The notes under the pieces were generated by a model, which was not told the DNA's origin, made no database searches, and saw only the letters and a list, made by a program, of their open reading frames with translations. A stretch of 64,000 bases of DNA from an uncultured delta proteobacterium (lineage in GTDB: Bacteria; Myxococcota_A; Polyangia; Palsa-1104), in assembly GCA_963785725.1 (NCBI GenBank), contig CAWAWS010000020.1:96001-160000 (forward strand). Reading direction: 5' to 3'. This document shows, one piece after another, positions 48,065 to 57,854 of this stretch. The first letter of the stretch is position 1, and every line of letters begins with the position of its first letter. The position numbers were made by a program, and so were the translations under genes.

Positions 48065-49795
48065 CTATTCCTTCTCTTCCTGCACGTTGATGGTAATGCC
48101 CATCTTCTGCAGCGCCGACTTGAGCTCCGCCTTCTGCACCGACTTCATGTAGGCCTCGAGCGGCTCCACTTTCTTGGCCTTCACCAGCTCGAGCAGCGAC
48201 TCGTTCAGCGTCACCATGCCGAGGTGCTTCGACGTCTGCATGACCGAGAACAGCTGGAACGTCTTGGCCTGGCGAATCAAGTTGGTGACCGCCGAGTTGC
48301 CGATGAGCACTTCGTAGGCGGCCACGCGTCCGCCGCCGATCTTCTTGCACAAGGTCTGCGCGATGACGCCGCGCAAGGATTCGGCCAGCATCTGCCGCAC
48401 CTGCGACTGCCGATCGGCGGGAAACTGATCGATGATGCGATCGACCGTCGACGGCGCCGTCGTCGTATGCAAGGTGCCGAACACGAGGTGGCCCGTCTCC
48501 GCCGTCTCGACGGCGATGGCGATCGTCTCCAAGTCGCGCATTTCGCCGACGAGCACGATGTCGGGATCCTCGCGCAGCGCCGCGCGCAGCGCGTCCTTGA
48601 ACGAGCGCGTATGCACGTGCACCTCGCGCTGATTGACGAGGCACTTCTTGTTCTCGTGCACGAACTCGATCGGATCTTCGATGGTGATGATGTGATCCGA
48701 GCGGTTCATGTTGATGTAATCGACCAGCGTCGACAGCGTCGTCGACTTGCCCGATCCCGTCGGTCCGGTCACGACGACGAGCCCTTTGGTCAGGTAACAC
48801 AGGTCGAGCACTTTGGGCGGCAGCCCCAGCTGCTCGGCGGTCAGCAGCTGAAACGGAATGGCGCGAAAGACGCCGCCCGGCCCTTTGCGATCGCGAAACA
48901 TATTGGCGCGAAAACGCGACAGCCCCTCGATGGCATAGGCAAAGTCGGTGTCCGAGCGCTCTTCGTATTCCTTGCGGTTCTTCTCGGGACAAATTTCGTA
49001 GAGCAGCTTCAACATCACCGGCGGCGTCAGCGGCGGAAAGCCGGGAATCGGCTGCATTTCGCCGTGCAAACGCACCAGCGGCGGCATCGAGCACGACATG
49101 TGCAAGTCGGACGCGCCCATCTTCTTCATGGCGCGCAGCATCTCGTCGATGGCCGCCGGCGCGCCGCTGGCGACGGGTCCCGCCGGTAAATCGGGCGCCG
49201 CCACTGCAGTCGGGGCCGCCGCCGCCGCCGTCGCGCCCGAGGCCGGCGCCGCTGCCGCAGCAGCCATCGGGCCCGTCGGCGCGCGCGGCTCGGCAATCGG
49301 CACGAGCGGAATCTCGCGCGCCGGCGCCGCGGCCGCCGCCGGACGCGGCGGCGCGACGTCGGTGCCGGCAAACGCCACGCCCCCTTCGCGCGCCTGGCTC
49401 ATCGTCGACGAGTCGGTGTGCTGCGTGCGCGCCACCGAACGCGCCGACGCCAGCGGCGGCTTCTCGATCTCGAGCGGCACCGTGTCGCTCACCGCTTCCT
49501 GCGCCGCCGCGATGACGAGCTTCATCCGCGTCGGCCCCGACTCGACGTGACACATCACCGGCCGCGAGCCACGCGTGTACTCGAACCGGGTCGCGCCCGC
49601 CGACAGCAGCTCGGCGAACGCCTCCGCCGGCGCGCACTCCTCGACGATCGACTGCAGCATCTGCAACGTGATGTTGGTCGTGGCGCTGCGATCGCCGCCC
49701 GCCAGCCGAACGATGACGTTTTTGCCGCTCTCGAGGACGATGGCTTGCGCCTTGAACTTGGTGAGATACGCGATGTAGGTGTCGATGGCGGCCAC
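48065..49795 (-). CDS. pilT: Type IV pilus retraction ATPase with N-terminal extension
   Basis: ASDLH, GPTGSGKSTT, TIEDPIE, LREDPD, GEMRD, AETGHLVFGTLHT, AVTNLIR. Confidence 0.92.
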   Translation of the reverse strand: MAAIDTYIAYLTKFKAQAIVLESGKNVIVRLAGGDRSATTNITLQMLQSIVEECAPAEAFAELLSAGATRFEYTRGSRPVMCHVESGPTRMKLVIAAAQEAVSDTVPLEIEKPPLASARSVARTQHTDSSTMSQAREGGVAFAGTDVAPPRPAAAAAPAREIPLVPIAEPRAPTGPMAAAAAAPASGATAAAAAPTAVAAPDLPAGPVASGAPAAIDEMLRAMKKMGASDLHMSCSMPPLVRLHGEMQPIPGFPPLTPPVMLKLLYEICPEKNRKEYEERSDTDFAYAIEGLSRFRANMFRDRKGPGGVFRAIPFQLLTAEQLGLPPKVLDLCYLTKGLVVVTGPTGSGKSTTLSTLVDYINMNRSDHIITIEDPIEFVHENKKCLVNQREVHVHTRSFKDALRAALREDPDIVLVGEMRDLETIAIAVETAETGHLVFGTLHTTTAPSTVDRIIDQFPADRQSQVRQMLAESLRGVIAQTLCKKIGGGRVAAYEVLIGNSAVTNLIRQAKTFQLFSVMQTSKHLGMVTLNESLLELVKAKKVEPLEAYMKSVQKAELKSALQKMGITINVQEEKE

Positions 49796-49976
49796 GCGAC
49801 ACCATATCGTGTCTCGCCGTCGCTGGAAAGTTCTCGCCCAAACGACAATCGACCGACAGTCCGCCCCTTGGCGCGATTCGATGATTCTTTGGCGCCATCG
49901 GATTGGGCAGCGGCGGCGCGCGCGCCTACGTTGTCCTGGCCGCCGAATCGCGGCGCAACCTGAAGGAGCGACGATC

Positions 49977-50852
49977 ATGTCCAAAGTCTGGCTCATCACG
50001 GGAAGCTCGCGCGGCCTCGGCCGCGACCTCGCCGCCGCCGTCCTCGCCGCCGGCCATCGCCTCGTCGCCACGGCGCGGAGGGTCGAAGACCTGCAGCACT
50101 TGACGACGCAATACGGCGATCGCGTGCGCGCCGTGGCGCTCGACGTGACCAACGCCGCGGCCGCGCGCGCCGCCGTCGCCGCCGCCACGTCGACGTACGG
50201 CCGCCTCGACGTCGTCGTCAACAACGCCGGCTACGCCAACATCAACGCCATCGAAGACGTCGCCGAGGACGACTTCCGCGCGCAGATCGAGACCAACTTC
50301 TACGGCGTCGTGAACGTGACGCGCGCCGCCCTCCCCGTCCTGCGCGCGCAAAAATCCGGCCACATCATCCAGATCTCGTCGATCGGCGGACGGCGCGGCA
50401 CGCCCGGCCTCGGCGCCTATCAGTCGGCAAAATGGGCCGTCGAAGGCTTCTCCGAGGTGTTGTCGATGGAGACGGCGCCGTTCGGCGTTCGCGTGACCAT
50501 CGTCGAGCCGGGCGGCTTTCGCACCGATTGGGCCGGCTCGTCCATGCGCATCGACGACATTCGCGAGGAGTACCAGGCGACGATCGGCTTCATCGCGCGC
50601 CGCAACCCCGAGCTCATGCGCGGCGATCCGGCGAAGGCGGCGCAGGCGATCTTGCAGCTGGCGGCGATGGAGGCGCCGCCGTTGCGCTTGCTCCTCGGCA
50701 CCGACGCGGTATTTTTGGCGGCGGATGTGCTGCGTCGTCGCGCCGCAGAGGACGCCAAGATGAAGCCGCTCAGCGTGACGACCGACTTCGACGGGATGGT
50801 AGACTTCGCGGAGACGCCGTTCGCGCAGCTGTTGACGAGCAAGAAGGACTGA
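49977..50852 (+). CDS. SDR family oxidoreductase
   Basis: TGSSRGLG, NNAG, YQSAK, EPGGFRTDW. Confidence 0.95.
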   Translation: MSKVWLITGSSRGLGRDLAAAVLAAGHRLVATARRVEDLQHLTTQYGDRVRAVALDVTNAAAARAAVAAATSTYGRLDVVVNNAGYANINAIEDVAEDDFRAQIETNFYGVVNVTRAALPVLRAQKSGHIIQISSIGGRRGTPGLGAYQSAKWAVEGFSEVLSMETAPFGVRVTIVEPGGFRTDWAGSSMRIDDIREEYQATIGFIARRNPELMRGDPAKAAQAILQLAAMEAPPLRLLLGTDAVFLAADVLRRRAAEDAKMKPLSVTTDFDGMVDFAETPFAQLLTSKKD

Positions 50853-51860
50853 ATGACGGACCTCGTGACCATGCCGAGCGCGCTCATCGATCGCCTGGTG
50901 GCGATTGGCGTCGACGTGAGCGCGCTCTTGCGGCTGTCGGGGCTGGTGCCGTCGCGCTTCGCGGCGTCACGGGCGCGGCTGACGACGGCCGAGTTCTTCG
51001 CGTTCTGGCGCGCGATGGAGTCCGCCGGCGGCACGCGCGCGCGCATCTTGCGGCTGGGCGCGGAGGCGCTGCCGCATCAGCTCGACGTGGCCTCGATGGC
51101 GGCGCTGCATTCGCCGACGCTCGAGGACGCGCTGGCCAAGTTCGCGCGCTACAAGCGCCTCGTGTGCGCCGAAGCGGTCGACGTGACGCGCGCCAAAGGC
51201 GAGGCGCGCATTCGTTTCCATTGGCTCTACGCCGAGCCGCACGTGCCCTTGCCTCTCTTGCTCGTCGACGTCACCTTCGCGACGATCTTGGCGCTCGGCC
51301 GCGCCGGTCTCGGCCAGTCGCTGACGCCGCGCCGCATCGAGCTGGCGCGCCGGCGCAGCGACGAGCCGCTCTTGACGCGTCATTTCGGCTGCCCGATTCG
51401 CTTCGACGCGCCGCTCAATCTCATCGTGTTCGACGAGAGCGCGCTCGCGCGTCCGTTTGCCACGCACAACGCCGACTTGTTGGCGCTCATCGTGCCCGGG
51501 TTGGAGGCGGCGCTGGCGGCGAGCTTGACGGCGCGCTCGGTCGCCGACGACGTCAAGACGACGCTGCAGCGGCGCATGTGCGGCGAGCGGCCCAGCGTCG
51601 ACAAAGTGGCGGCGGAGATGCACCTGAGCCCGCGCACGCTGCAGCGACGGCTGGGCGAATTGGGCACGTCGTATCAGGCGCTGCTCGACGACGTGCGGCG
51701 CGAGACGGCGCGGCGGCTCTTGGGCGCGACCGATCTCGACGCCGGCGAGGTGGCGTTCCTGCTCGGCTTCGAGGAGCTGAACTCGTTCACGCGCGCCTTC
51801 GCCGGCTGGGAAGGCGTCACGCCGAGCCGCTGGCGCGAGGACGGCCGGCAACGGGCGTAA
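50853..51860 (+). CDS. AraC-family transcriptional regulator
   Basis: SPRTLQRRL..LGFEELNSFTRAF..WEG. Confidence 0.93.
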   Translation: MTDLVTMPSALIDRLVAIGVDVSALLRLSGLVPSRFAASRARLTTAEFFAFWRAMESAGGTRARILRLGAEALPHQLDVASMAALHSPTLEDALAKFARYKRLVCAEAVDVTRAKGEARIRFHWLYAEPHVPLPLLLVDVTFATILALGRAGLGQSLTPRRIELARRRSDEPLLTRHFGCPIRFDAPLNLIVFDESALARPFATHNADLLALIVPGLEAALAASLTARSVADDVKTTLQRRMCGERPSVDKVAAEMHLSPRTLQRRLGELGTSYQALLDDVRRETARRLLGATDLDAGEVAFLLGFEELNSFTRAFAGWEGVTPSRWREDGRQRA

Positions 51861-51862
51861 TC

Positions 51863-54202
51863 CTATGACGGCGCGTCGAGCGCCTGGCGGACCCAGCGCG
51901 CCAGATCCTCCTGGTCGAACGGCTTCGGCAGCACGCGATTGCTGCCGCTCAGCTCGCGCGATTCGCCGGGATAGCCCGACATGTGAATGACCTTCAAGCT
52001 CGGCCGGCTCTCGAGCAGCTGCCGCGCCAGCTCGTGACCATCCAGGTGCGGCATGACGACGTCGCTCAAGAGCAGGTGGATCGGCCCTTCGTGCGCCGCG
52101 GCCACGCCCAGCGCCTCGACGCCGTCGCCCGCTTGCAGCACCTCGTAGCCGAGCTTGGTGAGCACGAAGGCCACGAAGTCGCGCACCGCCTCGTCGTCTT
52201 CGGCGAGCAGCACCGTCTCGTTGCCGACCGGCGACGTCGCGGCCGCGGCCGGCGCCGGCGGCGGCAGCGGCAGCTCGGCCTGACGCGGCAGGTAGACGCG
52301 AAAGTCGGCGCCGCGGCCGAGCTCGCTGTCGACGAGGATGTGACCGCCCGACTGCTTGACGATGCCGTAAGCCGTCGACAAGCCGAGCCCGGTGCCTTTG
52401 CCCTGCCCTTTGGTCGTGAAGAAGGGCTCGAAGACGCGGGCGCGCGTGGCCTGGTCCATGCCGATGCCGGTGTCGTTGACGCCGATGAGCACCCAGCTGC
52501 CGTTGGGGACTTCGTCGTGCGGCCGGCTGGCGTCGACCTCGACGTCGATCGTCCGCAACGTCAAGGCGCCGCCCGAGGGCATGGCGTCGCGCGCGTTGAC
52601 GGCCAAGTTCAAGATGACCTGCTCGAGCGCGCCGGCATCGGCTTTGACGCGACCGCGCGCGCGCAAATCGGTCCGCACCATGATGTCGGCGCCGATCATG
52701 CGCTGCAACATGTCGACGATGGCGCGCACCGCTTCGTTGGGATCGAGCACCACCGGCTGCGTCGGCTGCTTGCTCGTGAACGCCAGCAGCTGTCGCGTCA
52801 ACAGCGCCGCGCGCGCGATCGAGCGCTTGATCTGCTCGGCGTAGCGGCGCATCGCGTTCTCGGCGGGCGCGGGCGCGAAGTGCTCGAGCAAGAGCGAATT
52901 GGCGCCGCCGATGGCGGTCAAGATGTTGTTGAAGTCGTGCGCGACGCCGCCCGCGAGACGACCGATGGCCTCCATCTTTTGCGACTGACGCAGCTCGCGC
53001 TCCAGCTGGCGCGGCTCGGTGACGTCATGCGCCAGCAAGAGAATGCAGGCCTCGCCGCTGAGCTCGATCTTGTCGACCGACAAGAGCAGCTCGCGAATGA
53101 GCCCTGCTTTGGTGCGCAGCCGCGCCGGAAAGTCGCGCACGGAGCCCGCGGCGATGAGGCGGAACAGCTCGTCGCGCCGCTCGGGATCGGCCCACAGCTC
53201 GAGCTCGACGGCAGTGGCGCCGATCATCTCCGCGCGCGAGAAGCCGGTCATGTTGAGCCAGGCGTCGTTGACGTCGATGAAGCGGCGATCGGACAGGCGT
53301 GAAAAGAGCGCCCCCATCGGCAGCGCGCGAAACACGTCGGCGAAGCGCGCTTCGGACTTGCGCAGCTGCTCGCGCGCGCGGCGGCGTTCGCTCACGTCGA
53401 TGGCGATGCAGCCGAGCGCCGTCGGCTGCTCACCGCCGGCGCCGAAGATGGGGAAGCGGTTGACCAAGAACTCGCGCGGGCCGTGCACCGTCGCCAGCGT
53501 CTCGACGGCCTGCAGCGGCGCTTTGCCCTCGATGACCAAGCGATCGATGGTGGCGCTGGCCTGGCCGTAGGCGTCGCCGAAGAGCTCGCTCGTGCTCTTG
53601 CCGCTGGCGTAGTCGCTGTCGAAGCCGAAGGCGCGCGCGGCTTCGCGGTTGACGACGAGGTGGCGACCGTCGAGGTCTTTGACGAGCACGACGGCGGGCG
53701 CGTGCTCGAGCACCGCCTGCAGCCGGCCTTCGGTGTCGCGCACGCGATCGCGCTCGGCCTCGGCCTGCTCGAGCGCGGCGAACTCGGCGGTGACGTCGCG
53801 AAAGAGGAGCGCGATGTGCGCGACGTCGCCGGCGCCGTCGAGCAGCGGCAGCCACGTGCACACCACGGCGCAGCGCTTGGCGGGGGCGGCGATGTCGCGC
53901 AGCGGCTGCAGCCGCGTGTCGTACCAAGCGGGCGGCATGACGATGGTCTCGCCCGCGAACGCCCGCCGCGCCATCGCCACGCCGCCGTTGGCCAGGAGCA
54001 GCGGATCCTCGAAGAGGTTGTATTCGGGCGGCGGCGCGCTGCCGAAGATGTCGCGGAACGCCTGGTTCGTCAGCAGACAGTGGCCGTTGGGGCGATAGAT
54101 CTGGAGGCCGATGGGCGCGTTGGCGAATAGGCCCACCAACAGGGCCATCGGGTCGGCGACCTGTAATAACGCCTCGCGAACTCCATCCAGTCGGCCCGCC
54201 AT
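51863..54202 (-). CDS. Hybrid sensor kinase (3 PAS - HisKA - HATPase - receiver)
   Basis: AGGVAHDFNN, NARDAM, FFTTK..GTGLGL, LLSDVVMP, KPF. Confidence 0.95.
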   Translation of the reverse strand: MAGRLDGVREALLQVADPMALLVGLFANAPIGLQIYRPNGHCLLTNQAFRDIFGSAPPPEYNLFEDPLLLANGGVAMARRAFAGETIVMPPAWYDTRLQPLRDIAAPAKRCAVVCTWLPLLDGAGDVAHIALLFRDVTAEFAALEQAEAERDRVRDTEGRLQAVLEHAPAVVLVKDLDGRHLVVNREAARAFGFDSDYASGKSTSELFGDAYGQASATIDRLVIEGKAPLQAVETLATVHGPREFLVNRFPIFGAGGEQPTALGCIAIDVSERRRAREQLRKSEARFADVFRALPMGALFSRLSDRRFIDVNDAWLNMTGFSRAEMIGATAVELELWADPERRDELFRLIAAGSVRDFPARLRTKAGLIRELLLSVDKIELSGEACILLLAHDVTEPRQLERELRQSQKMEAIGRLAGGVAHDFNNILTAIGGANSLLLEHFAPAPAENAMRRYAEQIKRSIARAALLTRQLLAFTSKQPTQPVVLDPNEAVRAIVDMLQRMIGADIMVRTDLRARGRVKADAGALEQVILNLAVNARDAMPSGGALTLRTIDVEVDASRPHDEVPNGSWVLIGVNDTGIGMDQATRARVFEPFFTTKGQGKGTGLGLSTAYGIVKQSGGHILVDSELGRGADFRVYLPRQAELPLPPPAPAAAATSPVGNETVLLAEDDEAVRDFVAFVLTKLGYEVLQAGDGVEALGVAAAHEGPIHLLLSDVVMPHLDGHELARQLLESRPSLKVIHMSGYPGESRELSGSNRVLPKPFDQEDLARWVRQALDAPS

Positions 54203-54269
54203 CCGTCCCCCAGAACGAAGCGCTTCTCGGCGTCATCATAGCCGAATCGCCGGCGGAGCATACCGAGCG

Positions 54270-55916
54270 CTACTTCGTCGGAGAATCGCCGATGTTGGCG
54301 AGCGCCGCGGCGCCGAGTCGCTGGCACAGCTGCGCCAAGTACAGGCTCCTCGGCGTGACCGGGATGGCGGGCGAGTCGAAGGTGCCGTCGCCCGCGGCTT
54401 TGCCGGCGGTGCCGATAGCCCAGTTCATCGCGCCCGGCGGCGCCTCGACGGTGATGTTGGCGGCGCCGCCGTTCCACAAGACGCCCCAGCCGATGGCCCA
54501 GCCTTGCCCGCTGCCGGCGGTGGCGCGATTGACGAGGTTGAGCTGATCGTCGTGGACGACGTTGTCGGCCAAGAAGCCGGTCGCCCAGCGCTCGTGCGGC
54601 TCGAGCCGCGTGTGCACGCCGGTCGCCGTCGAATCGAGGACGACGTTGGGCCCGGTGGCGCGCGAGACGGTCGAGAACGTATACAGATCGTCGCCGGCGA
54701 TGCGGCTGCGTTGCACGAAGATCTGGCTGCCCGAGTAGCTGATCTCGAGCGGATAGCCTTCGGTCACGTCGGGCGTCAGCGTGCGCGTGAGCGTGAAGTC
54801 TTCGATCGTGAAGCGCTTGACGGTCGCGCCCAAGTAGACGCTGTTCTCGGTCTCGACGGCGGCGACGTCGCGCATCCAGCCGTCCTGCACGGCGCTCGCC
54901 TGCAGCAGCGTGAACAGCGGCGACGTGATCGGCGGCGGCGTCACCGCCGGCGCCACGACGCGCAGGTGCTCGACCCCGACTTGGCTGATGCGCCCCGGGA
55001 ACGTGTAGCCGACGACGGTGGCGCCCGGCTGCACGTAGGTCGCGTCGTAGGAATCGGGCAGCGGCACGTCGAGCGTCACCAGATCGCCGGCGAGGGCGAC
55101 GATGCTGCGATCGGCGCCGATGAGCGTGCCCGCCGCCAGCCACGTCTGCGCCATGCCGTTGCGCACGAGCGTGTCCATGTCCATGAAGTGGATCCACGCC
55201 GCCGTCACCGGCCGCTGCACGAGGATCGTCTGCCCGACGACGAAGCCGCCGGCGTCGGCCACGTGAAAGCTCAGGGAGCCGGCGGGCAGATAGCTGTCGC
55301 TGATGGTCGTCTTGGTCTTACCGAGCGTCCACGAGCCGGCGCCGGCGAGGTTGACGAAGTTGTGCGCGCTGCCGGTCAGGTCGATCTCGGTGCCGCCGGT
55401 CGTCGTCGAGCCGGCGCCGCGCAAGACGACGCCGCTTGCGCCGATCGTCAGCTCGCCGGCGACTTGGAACTTGCCGGCCGCGAGCGCGACCGCGCCGCGC
55501 ACGCCGCCGACGAGCGGCAGCTTGGCGACGGCGTCGAGCGCGGCCTGGATGGCGGCCGTGTCGTCGCCGCCCGACGGCGCCAGCGTCTGCGCCACCGGCG
55601 CGAGCGGAATGGCCACGCCGCCGCCGCCATAACCGGCGTACGAGAAGTCCATGACGCGATCGCCTTTTTCGCTCAGCGTCTTGTAGGCGAGCCGGCCCTG
55701 GTCGTCGAAGTAGACCCATTGGCTGGCCGGTCCGCCGTCGTCGAGGAGCGTGCGGCAATCGACCGACGTGCTACGGCCGAGGTCATCGGCGCCGGCGGCG
55801 AGGTCGTTCGCGGTCGCAGGCAGCGCGCGCTCGACCTTGCTGCCGCAGCCGAGCAGCAAGAGGCCGAGCGCGCTCAGCCGGGCGCTACTGAATGCCGACC
55901 ATCCCCGTCTGCGCAT
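54270..55916 (-). CDS. Lipoprotein with a pectin-lyase-like beta-helix fold (putative glycan-active enzyme)
   Basis: LLGC lipobox; DFSYAGYGGGG, DDTAAIQAALD, GVVLRGAG, PHERWATG. Confidence 0.8.
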   Translation of the reverse strand: MRRRGWSAFSSARLSALGLLLLGCGSKVERALPATANDLAAGADDLGRSTSVDCRTLLDDGGPASQWVYFDDQGRLAYKTLSEKGDRVMDFSYAGYGGGGVAIPLAPVAQTLAPSGGDDTAAIQAALDAVAKLPLVGGVRGAVALAAGKFQVAGELTIGASGVVLRGAGSTTTGGTEIDLTGSAHNFVNLAGAGSWTLGKTKTTISDSYLPAGSLSFHVADAGGFVVGQTILVQRPVTAAWIHFMDMDTLVRNGMAQTWLAAGTLIGADRSIVALAGDLVTLDVPLPDSYDATYVQPGATVVGYTFPGRISQVGVEHLRVVAPAVTPPPITSPLFTLLQASAVQDGWMRDVAAVETENSVYLGATVKRFTIEDFTLTRTLTPDVTEGYPLEISYSGSQIFVQRSRIAGDDLYTFSTVSRATGPNVVLDSTATGVHTRLEPHERWATGFLADNVVHDDQLNLVNRATAGSGQGWAIGWGVLWNGGAANITVEAPPGAMNWAIGTAGKAAGDGTFDSPAIPVTPRSLYLAQLCQRLGAAALANIGDSPTK

Positions 55917-57612
55917 GCGTCAGCGACTCCCACGCCATCATATGATCTTCCCACGTGGGGCGAATCTGCCCGATGAGCTTCTGCGTCTGCGGCAGCGACA
56001 GGCCGAGCCGGCCGTTGAGCGCGTTATAGCCGATCTCCCACATGGCATCGGCCGAGACCGCGTCGAGGGCGTGGCTGCCGCAGATCGTCGTCGTGTTCGC
56101 CGTCGAGCCGTTGATGTATTTGGCGTGGAACTCGTAGCCGGCGGCCATGCGCGTCTTCTCGAGGCTGTACAGGTCGACGCCCTGGATGCGCGCCGTCTCG
56201 GCGGCGTTGGTCATCGACGCGAAGCCGTACTGCACGTGGCCGAGGTCGCGGCACGTCTCCTGCGCCATGCCGTTCAAGTAGGCCGGCGCGTTGTACCAAA
56301 AGCCGTTGAGCGCCGACGCCGAGCTCTTGTCGCCGGTCTCGGGCGGCACCGGCGTCGCGCCGTCGGTGGTGAGGTAGATATAGGCGGGCGTGCGCTTCTT
56401 CCACATGGCGACGGCGTTGTTGAAGCCGGTGTGATCGTCGAGGTAGACGGCGATGCCGATGTTGGCCTCGATCATCGCCAGCTCCCAGTTGCCGTTGGAG
56501 TTGGAGCCGTTGATGGTCTCGGGCGAGTAGACGTTCTTGAGCATGGTGCCGAACTGCGCCGCGTCCGCCGCCGACCAGCCGCTGTACGTGTACTTGATGA
56601 TCTCGCCGGCGCGCGGCCACTGCGACGCCGCCCACGCCGACTGCAAGGGCGCATTGGACGCGCCGTGCTTCGTCAGCAGATACGACCAGGCGTTCATGAT
56701 CTTGATGGCGTTCTGCGCGTACGTCGTGTTGCCGGTGTAATACCAAAGCAGCGCCTGCGTATAGGCGGCCGCCGCGTCGTCCTTCTCCTGTTGGCAGCCG
56801 ACGTCCGGGTTCATCGAGGCCGAGCCGCACTCGACGTCGGCGAACGGCGACGGCGTGTAGCTCAGCGACGCCAGCGCGCTGCCCTTGGTCGAATTGAACG
56901 CCGTGTACCACGGGTCTTTCTTGGCCGCGATCTGCGCCTTGACGAAGTCGAGCTGCGCCTTGTCGACCATGACGCCGGGATGCTGGAACGCGCCCGGCGC
57001 GGTCGTTCCGCCGCCGCCGCCACCCGCTGACCCGCCGCCGCCACCCGCTGACCCGCCGCCGCCGGCAGTGCCGGAGGTCGAGCCGTTGATCTGCCACTGC
57101 TGCGCCGCCGTGCCGTTGCAGTCGTAGAGCTGCACGAGCGCGCTGTCGGCGCTGCTGCCGGCGGCGACGTCGACGCATTTGTTGCTGTGCGGGTTGCGGA
57201 TCTGCGAGTAGCCGTTGCCCTGATCCTCGACGACCCAGACCTGCGCCGCCGTGCCGTTGCAGTCGTAAATCTGGATGGTCGTGTTGTCGGCCGTTCCGTT
57301 CGACTTCACGTCGAGGCAGCGGTTGGAGTTGACGTTGAGGAGGTTTACCTGGCCCGCGGTCGTCGTCGGCTGCAGCGCCCAGTTCTGCGCCGCGGTGCCG
57401 TTGCACGTGTATTGGTCGGCGATGGTCCCGTCGGCGGTGGCGCCGGCTTTGACGCCGAGGCACTTGGCGCTGCCGTTGCGCACGATGGTGCCGCCGGCGC
57501 CGGCGCCGGTGGTCGAGCTGGTGCCGCCGGTGCCGTCGGTGACGACGCTGCCGCTGACGCAGCCGCCGAGCGCGGCCGCGAAGCACAAGACGAGCGAGCG
57601 AATCTGAACCAT
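55885..57612 (-). CDS. Ricin-B lectin (CBM13) plus alginate-lyase-like domain lipoprotein
   Basis: Three CLDV..Q..CNGTAAQ.W repeats; FQHPG, LQSAW, NGNWE, QETCRDLGH. Confidence 0.85.
   Translation of the reverse strand: MVQIRSLVLCFAAALGGCVSGSVVTDGTGGTSSTTGAGAGGTIVRNGSAKCLGVKAGATADGTIADQYTCNGTAAQNWALQPTTTAGQVNLLNVNSNRCLDVKSNGTADNTTIQIYDCNGTAAQVWVVEDQGNGYSQIRNPHSNKCVDVAAGSSADSALVQLYDCNGTAAQQWQINGSTSGTAGGGGSAGGGGGSAGGGGGGTTAPGAFQHPGVMVDKAQLDFVKAQIAAKKDPWYTAFNSTKGSALASLSYTPSPFADVECGSASMNPDVGCQQEKDDAAAAYTQALLWYYTGNTTYAQNAIKIMNAWSYLLTKHGASNAPLQSAWAASQWPRAGEIIKYTYSGWSAADAAQFGTMLKNVYSPETINGSNSNGNWELAMIEANIGIAVYLDDHTGFNNAVAMWKKRTPAYIYLTTDGATPVPPETGDKSSASALNGFWYNAPAYLNGMAQETCRDLGHVQYGFASMTNAAETARIQGVDLYSLEKTRMAAGYEFHAKYINGSTANTTTICGSHALDAVSADAMWEIGYNALNGRLGLSLPQTQKLIGQIRPTWEDHMMAWESLTHAQTGMVGIQ
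57011..57063. repeat. 21-bp tandem repeat encoding a GSAGGGG linker
   Basis: CCGCCGCCGCCACCCGCTGAC x2.5. Confidence 0.85.
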
Positions 57613-57683
57613 CCTGGGCTCCTGGGTGCCGCGTGTTCCGGCGACGAGCTGCCGGTCGTTCCGAACGCGTTGCACCGTTGGAC

Positions 57684-57761
57684 TGCCAGAATGAGTCCAG
57701 CCGCCCCACCCCCTAAGTATTTGATCTTTGTCGGCTCATTGACTGTCTCTGCGATGAGACA
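57684..57761 (-). promoter_or_regulatory. sigma54-type promoter with IHF site and palindromic enhancer
   Basis: CTGGACTCATTCTGGCA (GG-N10-GC, 57684-57700); GATCAAATACTTA (57714-57726); TGTCTC-N6-GAGACA (57744-57761). Confidence 0.6.
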
Positions 57762-57854
57762 ACCCCTCGGCTGTCCACCACGCGTTGACGATTTCTAAGT
57801 CGGCGGAGCAGGTTTACACACATGCGACCGCGGGTCGCGGCTCGTGTCGCGCGT

